Positions 27,940-38,692 of a DNA stretch of 64,000 nucleotides are shown piece by piece. Origin of the DNA: Candidatus Latescibacterota bacterium (GTDB taxonomy: Bacteria; Latescibacterota; UBA2968; GCA-2709665); NCBI GenBank assembly GCA_965248435.1, contig OZ252100.1, positions 2,912,001 through 2,976,000 on the forward strand. Direction: 5' to 3'. Position 1 is the stretch's first letter. Each line of letters opens with the position of its first letter. The position numbers and the translations under genes were made by a program. Under the pieces are notes generated by a model. It did not search any database. It saw only the letters and a list, made by a program, of their open reading frames with translations, and was not told the origin of the DNA.

Positions 27940-30900
27940 ATGAAACGCAAACCGAAACCCCACCGAACGGGAATTCTCCCTTTCAAAGGCATTTGGCTGG
28001 GGCTGGCGATTCTGGTAGGTCTACTCTTCTTTGTAGAATCTACCCATACCAGGGACGTGCCTCCTGCGGATCCTAAAAAAGAGCCTCCCGCTGATAAGAC
28101 AGAAGTTCCTCCTGGCAAAACTCGCCGCGTTTCTCCTTCTAAGACTCACGCTACTCCTACCAGTGCAACTGACAGTCGCCGCAATGCGCGATTCGAGAAA
28201 TTTACGGCTCAGTTTGGAGATAACTGGCGGGTAAAGTGGAACGACAAGACAGATACGCCCCACAGCTTAAGTGGAGGCAACATTCAGCTTGATAGAAGGC
28301 TTACCGAAGAGACTGTGGAAGAAATCACTCGACAATTTCTGTCCGATAATGCCTACTTGCTAGGAGCGGAAAGCTCAGCCCTCACCTTGACAAAGGCGGA
28401 CTATGATAAGCCGTTAAGGCCAGAGCACAAACAAGGTACATGGTATGTCTTTTACCGGCAGGACTATCGTGGTATTCCAGTCCACGGAAGCTCCGTCAAA
28501 CTCATCATCAAGAACCAGCGAATCGTCAGTGTAGGTTCCGATTTCTATCCGGACATCAGAATCCATTCGGCCCCAGAAATAACCCAGCAGCAGGCCCTTG
28601 AGATTGTCAATGGGCATCTGGGGAGATCCCTCGAGGCCAGAGAAACGACACTGATCGTATATCCTAATGAACGGCCGAAGGGGCTTGAGCATCACCTGGC
28701 CTGGAAGCTAGAAATGCCGACCATCGACGATCCCACCGTCGAAACCAAAATCGTCCAGGGGAGGCAGATCAGGATAGAAAAACCCATGAAAGCCTGGGTC
28801 TATTTCATTGACGCCCACACAGGAGAGATCCTCTTTCGATACGATACAATCACGTACGGTTCAGTTCAGGGAACGGTCACAGGGATGGTTTATGACACAA
28901 CACCGGATCAACCGCAGGTGCAGGTTCCCATCGCCCACCAATACGTGGATGTCCTGCAAGGCGGGATCGTTGTCGAGACAGACACTACGGATGCGAGCGG
29001 AACATATAGTTCGGCTGACACATACGTCGGACAAGTGGAGATCATGGCCCGCTTGAAAGGTCCACACGTTGAGGTGCACAACAACGAAACGCCCGATCCA
29101 GACGCGACTCATAATTCGGGACCTTTGACTCTAGATACGACGCACGATTGGAATTGGTCTGTCGATGATCCCTCCCCTCAGGATGTAGAGACGAACGTGT
29201 TTTACCACGTTAATTTCATCCATGATTGGTTTTTACAGGGCGATCCCTTTGATGTATCACCCTGGCCCTACCCGATGCAGGTGCACGTACGAATCGGTGA
29301 AGGCTGCAACGCCTGGGCCGCAAATGATGGGCTGACTTTCTATAGTGGTTCACCCGGCGGCTGTCTGGACTACGCCCTCGGCGCCGACATCATCTATCAC
29401 GAGTATGTTCACCGTGTGTTTGATAAACTGTATGTAATTGCGAATGTTTCTTACGGTTCAGGCTTTACGGGGGCGATGAATGAGGGGTTGGCAGACTACT
29501 TTGCCTGTAGTATTACGAATGACTCTTGGAATGGAGAGGTAATATATGAGGGAAGGGATATCGAGACGGGAGAAATCTGGAACCAACTGCCAGAGGGTAA
29601 TAATCGAAGGTATCCCCGCGACTGGATCGATGAGGTCCACGCGGATGGGCTCATCTTTAACGGCGCGATCTGGGATGCAAGGAAGGTTTTAGGGGCGGAC
29701 TACACGGACGACCTTGCCATGCGGGCATTAAAGCAGACACCCGAAACTTTCTCAGAATACTTGGGGGCGATGTTGATAGCCGATGACGATGATGCCGACC
29801 TCGCCAATGGCACGCCGAATATCACAACCCTGTGCCAGGCCTTCTATGACAATCACGGAATCTTCCACGCTGCGTGCACGGGATACACAGCCAATCTTGT
29901 TGCGGAAATTACCTCCCCCTCTCTAAGCGAATTCTACCTGATTGACGGCACAGTTGACGCGATTCTGGTCCTTGGTTCTGCCTACGGCTCCAACACGAGT
30001 TCTCTGGCGAACTTTAAGGTGGATTATGCCAGTGAAACAGATCCGGATAACTGGTCGGACGTCGGTATGGCTTTGACAGGCGGCGGCAGCGTGGAGGTTG
30101 TTGATGACCTGTTGGCGAATTGGAACCTTACCAGTGTTGTGGATGGGAAGTATACAATCAGGTTGACTGTCAAAGATGGGAGTGGTGCTGAAAGCATCTC
30201 TACGACCTCCGTAGTGATCCAGAGATCGCTGCACGCGGGTTGGCCTCAACCAACTACCTATTGGGTGCTGGGCTCTCCTGCATTGGGAGATCTGGATCTG
30301 GAATATCCTGGACTTGAGATCGTTGTTGGAGCTGGCGGTTTAGTTTGGGCGTTTCACCACGATGGTACTCCACAAGGAGGCATATGGTCATATGATACCA
30401 AACAAAATGTGTCTGCATCACCGGCAATAGGAGATGTAGATGGTGACGGAAGTCTTGAGGTTGTGATTTCTGCTTTTAAGGTGGATCAAGCCACTGATCT
30501 TTACATTCTAAATAGTGACGGAGCCCTTTACAGCCCGGCGTGGCCCCTATCGATTGCAGCTATGACTCCGCAGTTCACTGCTCGCCCATCATCGCCAGCG
30601 CTGGGGGATATCGACGAAGATGGCGATCTAGAGATTGTGATAGGCTCTGCCAACGACAGCGTGTATGTATTCCACCACGATGGCAGCCCTCTACAGAACT
30701 GGCCACAACCTACTTCCGGTGGTATCGAATCCACGCCGGCGATAGGAGATATAGATCCGGACTATCCTGGACTGGAGATCGTTGTTGGATCCAAAGATAG
30801 CAGCGTCTATGCCTGGCACGCCGACGGAACCAAGCTTTCTGAGGCCTGGCCAATTTCGACAGGCGGTGAAGTCCTTTCCTCTCCTGCATTGGGGAATCTG

Positions 30901-32319
30901 GACGATGATGCATACCTCGAAATCGTAGTAGGTTCCAACGACTCAACGGTATATGCCTGGAATCACGATGGGAGTGAACTTTTTAAGAAGATGGTAACAA
31001 TTGCGATTCTATCGTCCTCTCCGGCGCTTGGGGATATAGACAGTGATGGAAATTTGGAAATTCTGGCCATGTCAAGTGATAATAACCTCTATATATGGCA
31101 AGGAGATGGCACGCCCTATGAACCCTGGACGCCTCTCAGTGACATAAAGTGGGCTGGATTTGAGTTCAACCCCTCCTCACCCGCTATGGGTGATATCGAT
31201 GGCGATGGAGATATTGAGATAGTAGTCGAGTCTATCTGGGGCAAGATCCACGCATTCCATCACGATGGCACACCGGTTGGAAACGGGTGGCCCAAATACA
31301 TTTTCCCCTGGGCTAATGGCTCATCACCCACGATCTGCGACATCGATGAAGATGGGAAGGTCGAAATCATGGTGGGGTCACCACAAGAAGGTCTATTTGT
31401 CTGGGATCTTGAAGGAGTCTACAATCCGGACAAGATGGATTGGCCCATGTTCCACCACGATGTTCGGCGTAGCGGTTTATACGTTTCTCCTCCCGTATTC
31501 ATTTATGTCAATGCCTTGACAGGTGACGATTGGAACGACGGTTCGAGCCCCACTTTCGAAAGCGGAAATGTGGGGCCAAAGAAGACGATCCAGGCTGGCA
31601 TTGATGCAATACCCTCGGATGGGACCTGTGTCGTTGCAGCAGGCAAATATGCCGAGACCATCATTATGAAGGATGGCGTGACGCTTTCGGGTGCCGGCCC
31701 TGACGTAACCTTACTTCACGGGAATGGCACTGGAAACGTGATCACCATCGGTTCTGTCTACGTTCCTTCCACAAATGCCACAATTAAAGGTTTCAAGATC
31801 ACTGGCGGCGGAAGCTACGGTGACAATGCCGGCATTCGAATCCAAAACTCCACTAACTCCGTCATAAGCAACAATGTGATGACGAAGAATGGGGCTGATG
31901 CCATCCGCGTCTATTCCGGATCTCCAACGATTATCAACAACACGATCGTAACGAATCGACGTAACGGCGTTATGGTGCATTATGGGGCGACTCCGGTGAT
32001 TAAAAACAACATCATTGTTTCGAACACGGCCTCCTGGCCTAACAAAAAATACGGATGGGGAGTGTTTGCCAGTGATAATGCAATCATAACTTCCTCGTTC
32101 AATGACGTTTGGAGAAACAACAACGATTATGGCAGTATGACCGGGGGTGTTTCACAGCCCGGTGACGGAGACATTTCTCAGAATCCACTGTTTATCGATT
32201 TACCACAAGGTAAATTCCACCTCAAGCCACAGTCGCCCTGCGTAGATGCAGGTGTAGATGTAGGGCTACCGTTCTTCGGCAGTGCACCAGATATGGGCGC
32301 ATTCGAGCTTGAGCAGTGA
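27940..32319 (+). CDS. Large secreted M4/M36-type metallopeptidase with FG-GAP repeats and C-terminal parallel beta-helix
   Basis: FTP/PepSY-like prodomain, YHEYVH + GAMNEGLADYF, eight SPA(L/I)GD(I/L)DxDG-type repeats, KKTIQAGID, SPCVDAG...PDMGAFE. Confidence 0.85.
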   Translation: MKRKPKPHRTGILPFKGIWLGLAILVGLLFFVESTHTRDVPPADPKKEPPADKTEVPPGKTRRVSPSKTHATPTSATDSRRNARFEKFTAQFGDNWRVKWNDKTDTPHSLSGGNIQLDRRLTEETVEEITRQFLSDNAYLLGAESSALTLTKADYDKPLRPEHKQGTWYVFYRQDYRGIPVHGSSVKLIIKNQRIVSVGSDFYPDIRIHSAPEITQQQALEIVNGHLGRSLEARETTLIVYPNERPKGLEHHLAWKLEMPTIDDPTVETKIVQGRQIRIEKPMKAWVYFIDAHTGEILFRYDTITYGSVQGTVTGMVYDTTPDQPQVQVPIAHQYVDVLQGGIVVETDTTDASGTYSSADTYVGQVEIMARLKGPHVEVHNNETPDPDATHNSGPLTLDTTHDWNWSVDDPSPQDVETNVFYHVNFIHDWFLQGDPFDVSPWPYPMQVHVRIGEGCNAWAANDGLTFYSGSPGGCLDYALGADIIYHEYVHRVFDKLYVIANVSYGSGFTGAMNEGLADYFACSITNDSWNGEVIYEGRDIETGEIWNQLPEGNNRRYPRDWIDEVHADGLIFNGAIWDARKVLGADYTDDLAMRALKQTPETFSEYLGAMLIADDDDADLANGTPNITTLCQAFYDNHGIFHAACTGYTANLVAEITSPSLSEFYLIDGTVDAILVLGSAYGSNTSSLANFKVDYASETDPDNWSDVGMALTGGGSVEVVDDLLANWNLTSVVDGKYTIRLTVKDGSGAESISTTSVVIQRSLHAGWPQPTTYWVLGSPALGDLDLEYPGLEIVVGAGGLVWAFHHDGTPQGGIWSYDTKQNVSASPAIGDVDGDGSLEVVISAFKVDQATDLYILNSDGALYSPAWPLSIAAMTPQFTARPSSPALGDIDEDGDLEIVIGSANDSVYVFHHDGSPLQNWPQPTSGGIESTPAIGDIDPDYPGLEIVVGSKDSSVYAWHADGTKLSEAWPISTGGEVLSSPALGNLDDDAYLEIVVGSNDSTVYAWNHDGSELFKKMVTIAILSSSPALGDIDSDGNLEILAMSSDNNLYIWQGDGTPYEPWTPLSDIKWAGFEFNPSSPAMGDIDGDGDIEIVVESIWGKIHAFHHDGTPVGNGWPKYIFPWANGSSPTICDIDEDGKVEIMVGSPQEGLFVWDLEGVYNPDKMDWPMFHHDVRRSGLYVSPPVFIYVNALTGDDWNDGSSPTFESGNVGPKKTIQAGIDAIPSDGTCVVAAGKYAETIIMKDGVTLSGAGPDVTLLHGNGTGNVITIGSVYVPSTNATIKGFKITGGGSYGDNAGIRIQNSTNSVISNNVMTKNGADAIRVYSGSPTIINNTIVTNRRNGVMVHYGATPVIKNNIIVSNTASWPNKKYGWGVFASDNAIITSSFNDVWRNNNDYGSMTGGVSQPGDGDISQNPLFIDLPQGKFHLKPQSPCVDAGVDVGLPFFGSAPDMGAFELEQ

Positions 32320-32357
32320 CTCTCACAAGTGTTGTTCCGAAAAGAAGGGGATTAGAT

Positions 32358-33014
32358 ATGTCCCTCACGGATGAGCTCCAGGCGATTCGAGACGGAGCAA
32401 AAGATCGGTTCCCAGGCGAAACGCTCGCAACAATGGAAAAGGCGATTGAGGACCTTTCTCGATCCGGCATCCTGGATAGAAGCCTCAGAGTGGGAGACGA
32501 AGCGCCTGATTTCGCCCTTCCCAACGCGAATGGGCAAACCGTCCGCTTCAGTGACCTCCTGGGAAAAGGGCCGGTGGTCATCAGCTTCTACCGAGGGAGT
32601 TGGTGCACGTTTTGTGCTGCAGAACTCGATTCCCTCCAGGCATCCCTTCCCGCTATCAATTCGCTCGGTGCGTCGCTTATCGCAGTCTCTCCGCAAACGC
32701 CCGAAAATTGTGAATGCACTGCAGAAGACAACGATCTCACCTACGAGTTGCTGAGCGATCGTGGGAACAAAGTCGCGTCGGCATTCGGGATCGTCTATCG
32801 CCTCCAGGACGAGATACAGGCGGTCTACAAGGAGATGGGACTCGAGCTTCCTGAGTACAATGGTGACGACTCTTTCGAGCTGCCCGTCCCGGCCACCTAT
32901 GTGGTCGACAAGACCGGGACGATCCGAGTCGCATTCGTCGACCCGGACTACACGAAGCGCATGGACCCGACCGAGATCCTCGCCGCGCTTCGAAAGCTCA
33001 ATGCCTCTGACTAA
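32358..33014 (+). CDS. Peroxiredoxin-like AhpC/TSA protein
   Basis: APDFALPNANG, FYRGSWCTFC, LPVPATYVVD. Confidence 0.9.
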   Translation: MSLTDELQAIRDGAKDRFPGETLATMEKAIEDLSRSGILDRSLRVGDEAPDFALPNANGQTVRFSDLLGKGPVVISFYRGSWCTFCAAELDSLQASLPAINSLGASLIAVSPQTPENCECTAEDNDLTYELLSDRGNKVASAFGIVYRLQDEIQAVYKEMGLELPEYNGDDSFELPVPATYVVDKTGTIRVAFVDPDYTKRMDPTEILAALRKLNASD

Positions 33015-33054
33015 CTCCGGCTCGGCCTGACCCTACCCGCACCGCAGCACCCAC

Positions 33055-34036
33055 ATGAGGACGACAATGCCTTTGTCCATGCGCATTGGCCTGGGCCAAT
33101 TCAGCGAGTTGACCGATGAAAAACTGGCCTTTATCAAGCAGTTGGGTGCGGACGATTTCTTGATGAACACCCCAAGGCTGCCCGGCGACAACCAATGGGA
33201 ATACGAAGACCTGCTGGCCCTCCGCGAGCGTGCCGACAAGGCGGATCTGAGGCTGATGTCCCTCGAGAACGTCCCGGTCACCTTCTATGACAAGATTATG
33301 CTCGGGCTGCACGGACGAGACGAACAGCTCGAGCATATGGGCAATACGATCAAGAACATGGGCAGGGCCGGCATTCCTATCCTCGGCTATCACTGGATGC
33401 CGAGCAAAGTGTGGCGCACGCCCGAACTGGACGCGCTCAGAGGCGGCGCCAAGGCCACCCGTTTCGACCTGGAAGAACACCTGGACGCGCCGCTCTCGCA
33501 CGGTCGCGTGTTTACCGAAGGGGAAATGTGGAAGAATCGATTGGTACCTGGAGCGACTCCTGCCCGTGGCGGCGGAATCCAACGTAATCCTCGCCTTGCA
33601 CCCGGACGACCCGCCGGTAGAATCCCTGGGGGGCGTCGCGCGCATATTTCGTAACTTTGAGGGGTTCAGACGCGCGATGGAGAAGTTTGACAGCCCGGTG
33701 CACGGACTCGATTTTTGTAAGGGATGCTGGTCTGAGATGGATCCCGATGGCGTTTTGGACGCGATCCGCTATTTCGGCAGCAGGGGAAAGATCGTCTACG
33801 TGCACTTCCGCGACGTCCATGGTCAAGTGCCCTGCTTCAACGAGTGTTTTATCAACGAAGGCAACGTAGATCCCTTCGAGGTGGTCAAGACCCTCAAGGA
33901 AGTCGGTTTCAGTGGTTTCATGATCACCGACCACGTGCCGAAAATGGTGGACGATACCCCCTGGGGTCATCGGGGGCGGGCCTACGCCATCGGCTACATG
34001 GCTGCACTGATCGAAATCGTAAACAGAACCGGTTAG
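33055..34036 (+). pseudogene. uxuA: Mannonate dehydratase family gene with frameshift near 33538
   Basis: Frame 1 (YDKIMLG..GRDEQ, GYHWMP) ends EMWKN; frame 2 continues DWYLERLLPVAAE..LHPDDPP..VHFRDV..DHVP. Confidence 0.8.
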
Positions 34037-34044
34037 CTCCGACG

Positions 34045-35139
34045 ATGCCCGAATTACCAGCTCGCCGAATTGCCTGCTTCATCTCACCTCACGGGTTCGG
34101 TCACGCCTCCCGAGCCTCTGCGATTATGGAAGCGCTGCACGAGGTCCATCCCGGCCTTCATTTTGAAATCTTCACCAAAGTCCCGCGCTGGTTCTTCCGA
34201 CAGTCGCTCGGCGAACCCTTCACCTATCACACATTGATGACAGATGTCGGAATGTGTCAGGCTTCTCCCCTGCACGAAGACCTCCCAAAGACCTTGCAGC
34301 TCCTTAACGACTTTCTTCCTTTCAAGAAAACTCAGATCGCGAGCCTAGCGAGAAGGGTCACAAAACTGAAGTGCGAGTTGGTCCTGTGCGACATCGCCCC
34401 GATGGGCATTGCCGTCGCGAAGAAGGCCGGGATCCCTTCCGTTCTGGTTGAAAATTTCACCTGGGACTGGATCTATCGTGGATACGTACGCTACGATTCT
34501 CGAATAGAGCGTCACGCCACTTATCTGAAGAGTTTGCTCGGCGATGTCGACTACCGCATTCAGACCGAGCCGATCTGTCAGCCAGTCGACGCTGACCTGG
34601 CGACGCGGCCCGTGAGTCGCAAAGTCAGGATGCCCAAAAAGGAATTGAGAAGGCGGCTGGGTGTCTCGGATCGAAGCCGAATGGTCGTGTTCACAATGGG
34701 GGGCGCGCAGCAGCCATATAAATTCCCAACTACCCTTCTGAATCAGAGAAAGGTCACCTTCGTCATCCCCGGAAGCAGCCGGACCGTCAAGCGTCGCGAC
34801 AATGTCGTGCACCTGCCTTATCACTCTGACTTCTTTCATCCCGATCTGATCAATGCCGCGGATGCCGTCATCGGAAAGCTCGGAGTGAGCACGATCGCCG
34901 AGGCCTATCACGCAGGAATTCCGTTCGGTTACGTAAAGCGACCTCGCTTTCGTGAGTCCAAAATTTTGGCCGCCTATGTAGAACGCCACATGCACGCCCG
35001 CGCGATCACCGAGACACAATTCCAGAACGGCAAGTGGATCTCAGGCCTTTCGGACCTCCTGTCGGCCAAGAGACAACGCCGGAAAGGACCCAATGGGGCG
35101 GTGCAGGCCGCGAAATACATCCACAAATTGTTGAAGTGA
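34045..35139 (+). CDS. GT-B glycosyltransferase-like protein (similar to L-arabinokinase N-domain)
   Basis: ISPHGFGHASR, NFTWDWIY, HPDLINAADAVIGKLG. Confidence 0.7.
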   Translation: MPELPARRIACFISPHGFGHASRASAIMEALHEVHPGLHFEIFTKVPRWFFRQSLGEPFTYHTLMTDVGMCQASPLHEDLPKTLQLLNDFLPFKKTQIASLARRVTKLKCELVLCDIAPMGIAVAKKAGIPSVLVENFTWDWIYRGYVRYDSRIERHATYLKSLLGDVDYRIQTEPICQPVDADLATRPVSRKVRMPKKELRRRLGVSDRSRMVVFTMGGAQQPYKFPTTLLNQRKVTFVIPGSSRTVKRRDNVVHLPYHSDFFHPDLINAADAVIGKLGVSTIAEAYHAGIPFGYVKRPRFRESKILAAYVERHMHARAITETQFQNGKWISGLSDLLSAKRQRRKGPNGAVQAAKYIHKLLK

Positions 35140-35150
35140 AAAAATATCCT

Positions 35151-35175
35151 GTAGCCGCAGGCTTCAGCCTGCGGC
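35151..35175. repeat. GTAG-type REP-like palindrome
   Basis: GTA-GCCGCAGGCT-TC-AGCCTGCGGC. Confidence 0.7.
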
Positions 35176-35251
35176 GCCCAATAGCAATGTGATCCAAACG
35201 CTTGCTCAGTCTGTAATTCAGGTTTTGGAACTGCCCCAACCGGAGGAAACA

Positions 35252-36127
35252 ATGCAGACAGATCTCGAGAAAAGGGTCCTTGGAAACACTGGGATGGTCG
35301 TAACGCAGCTTGGATTTGGCGCCGGCTTCAGAGGTGAACCCACCGAAGATGAGGCCGACGAAGTGTTCAACGCCGTGTTGGACGCCGGCATCAACTTCAT
35401 CGACACCGCACCCTGTTATGATTTCAGCGAGGACCGCATCGGCGCCAGTATCAGCCATCGTCGAAGCGAGTTTTATCTGGCGACCAAGGTCGGCTGCAAT
35501 ATCGGCCCGGGCGGAAAGTCGGAGGGCCCTCACATCTGGTCCGCTGACAACTGCCATAGAAACATCGACGAAAGTCTAAGGCGAATGAAAGTGGACTATG
35601 TGGATCTTCTGCAGCCGCACACTCCCTCTTTCGAAGAGACCGAGCAGGGCCGGCTCGTGGACGCACTGAACGAGATCCGCGATTCCGGAAAGACGCGATT
35701 CATCGGTATCTCCACAAATCTTCCGGACCTCCCCGCCTACATGGAGAGCGGCGCCTACGACACCTTTCAGATTTCTTACTCGGCGCTTCACCGTCGCCAC
35801 GAAAACCTGCTGCAGGATGCCGCAGACGCGGGCGGAGGCGTGATCATTCGCAGTGGAATTGCATTGGGCCATCGTGGCGGGGGACGGTGGGATAAGTGGG
35901 AGAAAGCGGGACTTGACGACCTGCTCGATGGAATGGACCGTTACGAATTCGTCCTGCGGTTCACGCTCACGCATCCTGCCTGCCATACAAATATCGTCGG
36001 AACGGGAGATTTGGATCATTTCAAAGCCAACCTCGCCGCTGCCAAAGCCGGTCCCCTTCCACAAGAGATCTATGACCAGGCCAAAGAGCGCCTGGCGCAG
36101 ATCGGAGAGGTACCGGCTGCTTCTTAA
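35252..36127 (+). CDS. Aldo/keto reductase
   Basis: LGNTGMVVTQLGFG, NFIDTAPCY, LATKVG, VDLLQPH, RFIGIS. Confidence 0.92.
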   Translation: MQTDLEKRVLGNTGMVVTQLGFGAGFRGEPTEDEADEVFNAVLDAGINFIDTAPCYDFSEDRIGASISHRRSEFYLATKVGCNIGPGGKSEGPHIWSADNCHRNIDESLRRMKVDYVDLLQPHTPSFEETEQGRLVDALNEIRDSGKTRFIGISTNLPDLPAYMESGAYDTFQISYSALHRRHENLLQDAADAGGGVIIRSGIALGHRGGGRWDKWEKAGLDDLLDGMDRYEFVLRFTLTHPACHTNIVGTGDLDHFKANLAAAKAGPLPQEIYDQAKERLAQIGEVPAAS

Positions 36128-36230
36128 CGTGAATGAGATAAGGCAAACATGAGAATCCTCATTACCTCGGAGCCGAAGCGGCTCGAACGCTTTTGGATAA
36201 AGAACAGGACCAAACCGTAGGAGCAACGAG

Positions 36231-37247
36231 ATGAAAACTTACGCCTACGTCTCGATTTCCAAAGAGGATAAGATCCTGACTTTCGGGATGGATCCCGAAT
36301 CCGGGAAGCTCACGCCACTCAGAGAAGTCCCGATCAAGGGTGGGCCCTCGGCGCTGGCCGTGGATCCCGAATCGCGATTCCTTTACGCGAGCCTCCGATC
36401 CTCCAAAGAGATCGCGAGCTTCCGGATCAATCCGTTCTCTGGGGACCTGTCTCTCCTGGGCAGAGTGTCCCTGGATGCCGATGCCTGTTACATCGCCACG
36501 GACCGCAGCGCGAACTTTTTGCTCTCCGCCTACTACGGCGCCGGGAAGGTGACCGTACACCCGATCACAGAAGACGGGTCCGTGGGCTCGGATCTCGTCG
36601 CGTCACACGATACGGATTCTCACGCACACTGCGTTCTGCTGGACCGATCCAACAGATTTGTCTTCGTGCCGCACACCCTGCCCGCAAACGCGATCTACCA
36701 GTTCCAGTTCGATGAAGTCTCGGGTGCGCTCACGCCCGGCGAGGTCCCTGTGGTGACTCCGGAGATCCCCTCGGGGCCCAGGCACATCCTCTTCCATCCG
36801 GAGAAAGAGATCTGCTACACCTCGGACGAAGATGGCTCGTGCGTCACGGCCTACCGCTTCGATCCAACGTCTGGTACCCTGCGGGCGCTTCAGGCTCTGT
36901 CCACTCGCCCCGAGGGCTACGAGGGTGAAAACAACAGCGCGCAGATCCACATCACGCCCAACGGCCGATTCCTCTATGTTTCAAATCGGGGTCACGACAG
37001 CATCGCCTCTTTCTCGATCGATCGTGCGACAGGAGAGCTGACATCCATCGGGCATCAACCCACCGAAAAGAGACCCCGCGCCTTCAACATCGATCCAACG
37101 GGGAACTTCCTCTACGCCACCGGTCTGGACACGGGAAGGCTCGTTGCCTATCGGATCAATCCGGATTCAGGCAATCTCACGCCCCTGGAAACCCATCACG
37201 TTGGAGAGGGACCGATGTGGGTGCTCTTCCTGATATTACCCGGCTAG
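36231..37247 (+). CDS. Lactonase, 7-bladed beta-propeller (Pgl family), copy 1
   Basis: HAHC, GPRHILFHP, LYVSNRGHDSIA, PRAFNIDP. Confidence 0.9.
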   Translation: MKTYAYVSISKEDKILTFGMDPESGKLTPLREVPIKGGPSALAVDPESRFLYASLRSSKEIASFRINPFSGDLSLLGRVSLDADACYIATDRSANFLLSAYYGAGKVTVHPITEDGSVGSDLVASHDTDSHAHCVLLDRSNRFVFVPHTLPANAIYQFQFDEVSGALTPGEVPVVTPEIPSGPRHILFHPEKEICYTSDEDGSCVTAYRFDPTSGTLRALQALSTRPEGYEGENNSAQIHITPNGRFLYVSNRGHDSIASFSIDRATGELTSIGHQPTEKRPRAFNIDPTGNFLYATGLDTGRLVAYRINPDSGNLTPLETHHVGEGPMWVLFLILPG

Positions 37248-37262
37248 CGTACAAAAAGAGCA

Positions 37263-37288
37263 CCGGTTCCCGTGAAAATAGGAACCGG
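37263..37288. terminator. Hairpin after lactonase 1
   Basis: CCGGTTCC-CGTGAAAATA-GGAACCGG with an A-rich tract just upstream. Confidence 0.55.
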
Positions 37289-37303
37289 CCACGTCGCCGT
37301 TCC

Positions 37304-37331
37304 GCTTCAGGCGCAAACCTTCGCCTGAAGC
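37304..37331. repeat. REP-like inverted repeat
   Basis: GCTTCAGGCG-CAAACCTT-CGCCTGAAGC. Confidence 0.55.
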
Positions 37332-37468
37332 TGCGTGAAAGCGAATGCTAGGATTTCAGGACTTTCAGACTATATGCCTGACTGCTAACGAAAAACCGTT
37401 TGTTGATCGACCGACACCTGAATCGCTTTAGGCGTCCACCAGTGCCTGTAGTTTTTCAGTCAAATTAG

Positions 37469-37600
37469 ACGCCTCCCCGCAGGCCGCACGAACATCGTCG
37501 GAACGGCAATCCTGGACCACTTCAACGCGAATCTCGCGGCTGCCAAGGCCGGATCTCTCTTCCGAAAGAAATCCGCTAACAGGCCAAGGAGCACCAGGCG
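37469..37600 (+). pseudogene. Decayed 3' fragment of the 35252 aldo/keto reductase
   Basis: Reads RTNIVGTAILDHFNANLAAAKAG versus HTNIVGTGDLDHFKANLAAAKAG; boundaries approximate. Confidence 0.8.
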
Positions 37601-37675
37601 TATCCTCGGCTGGCAGCCGAACCGCCTGGAACGCTTTTGGGCAAAAGACAGGACGAAACCGGTGGAAGGCAAGAG

Positions 37676-38692
37676 ATGATAATCTACACCTACATCCCGC
37701 TATCCGGAGAGCAGAAGATCCTGACCTTCACGATGGATTCAGATACCGGCGAGCTTACCCCTGTGCGGAATATCGCGATTGCTGGGGGGCCTTCGGCGCT
37801 GGCCGTGGATCCCGAATCCCGATTCCTCTACGCGAGCCTGCGGTCCTCCTCTGAGATCGCGAGCTTCAGAATCGATCGGAGTTCAGGAGACCTGTCTCTT
37901 CTGGGTAAGGTATCCGTTGAGAACGACGCCTGTTATCTGACCGCGGACCGCAGGGGGAGGTTCTTACTCGCCGCCTGCTACAGCGCCGGAAAGGTGGCCA
38001 TCTATCCTATCGGACAAGACGGAACGCTGGTCGACCCACCCGTCACAGCGCTTTCAACGGCCTGGCACGCCCACTGTATTTCGATAGACCCATCCAACAG
38101 GTTTGTCTTCGTTCCGCATACATTGCCGACCAATGCGATCTACCAGTTTAAGTTCGATGAAGAATCGGGTGCGCTCACGCCCGGTGAGGTCCCGAAGGTC
38201 ACCCCGGAGATCCCCTCGGGACCCAGGCACATCCTCTTCCACCCGGAGAAAGAGATCGCCTATACCTCGGACCAAAACGGGTCGACCGCCACGGCCTACC
38301 GCCTCGATCCCACGGCCGGAACCCTTCATCCCTTCCAGACCCTTTCGACTCTCCCCGAAGGCTACAAGGGCGACAACAATTGCTCGCAGATCCATATCAC
38401 CCCCTCTGGTAGATTCCTCTACGTTTCAAACCGGGGCCACGACAGCATCGCCTGCTTCTCAATAGACGACACGACGGGAAAACTGACTTCCATCGGGCAG
38501 CAGCCTACGGAAAGGAAACCCAGGGCCTTCAACATCGATCCCACGGGCAACTTCCTCTTCGCGGCCGGTCGGGATACAGGCAGGCTTGCGGCTTACCGAA
38601 TTGATCCCGAGTCCGGCCGCCTCATTTCGCTGGAAACGTATCACGTCGGCGAGGCGCCCGTGTGGGTACAGTTCTCGAGATTACCGGACTAG
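37676..38692 (+). CDS. Lactonase (Pgl family), copy 2
   Basis: Highly similar to copy 1 (GGPSALAVDPESRFLYASLRSS, GPRHILFHPEKEI). Confidence 0.9.
   Translation: MIIYTYIPLSGEQKILTFTMDSDTGELTPVRNIAIAGGPSALAVDPESRFLYASLRSSSEIASFRIDRSSGDLSLLGKVSVENDACYLTADRRGRFLLAACYSAGKVAIYPIGQDGTLVDPPVTALSTAWHAHCISIDPSNRFVFVPHTLPTNAIYQFKFDEESGALTPGEVPKVTPEIPSGPRHILFHPEKEIAYTSDQNGSTATAYRLDPTAGTLHPFQTLSTLPEGYKGDNNCSQIHITPSGRFLYVSNRGHDSIACFSIDDTTGKLTSIGQQPTERKPRAFNIDPTGNFLFAAGRDTGRLAAYRIDPESGRLISLETYHVGEAPVWVQFSRLPD

Noticed and set aside
33530-33545. Programmed frameshift in uxuA
   Set aside because: No slippery heptamer or homopolymer at the site
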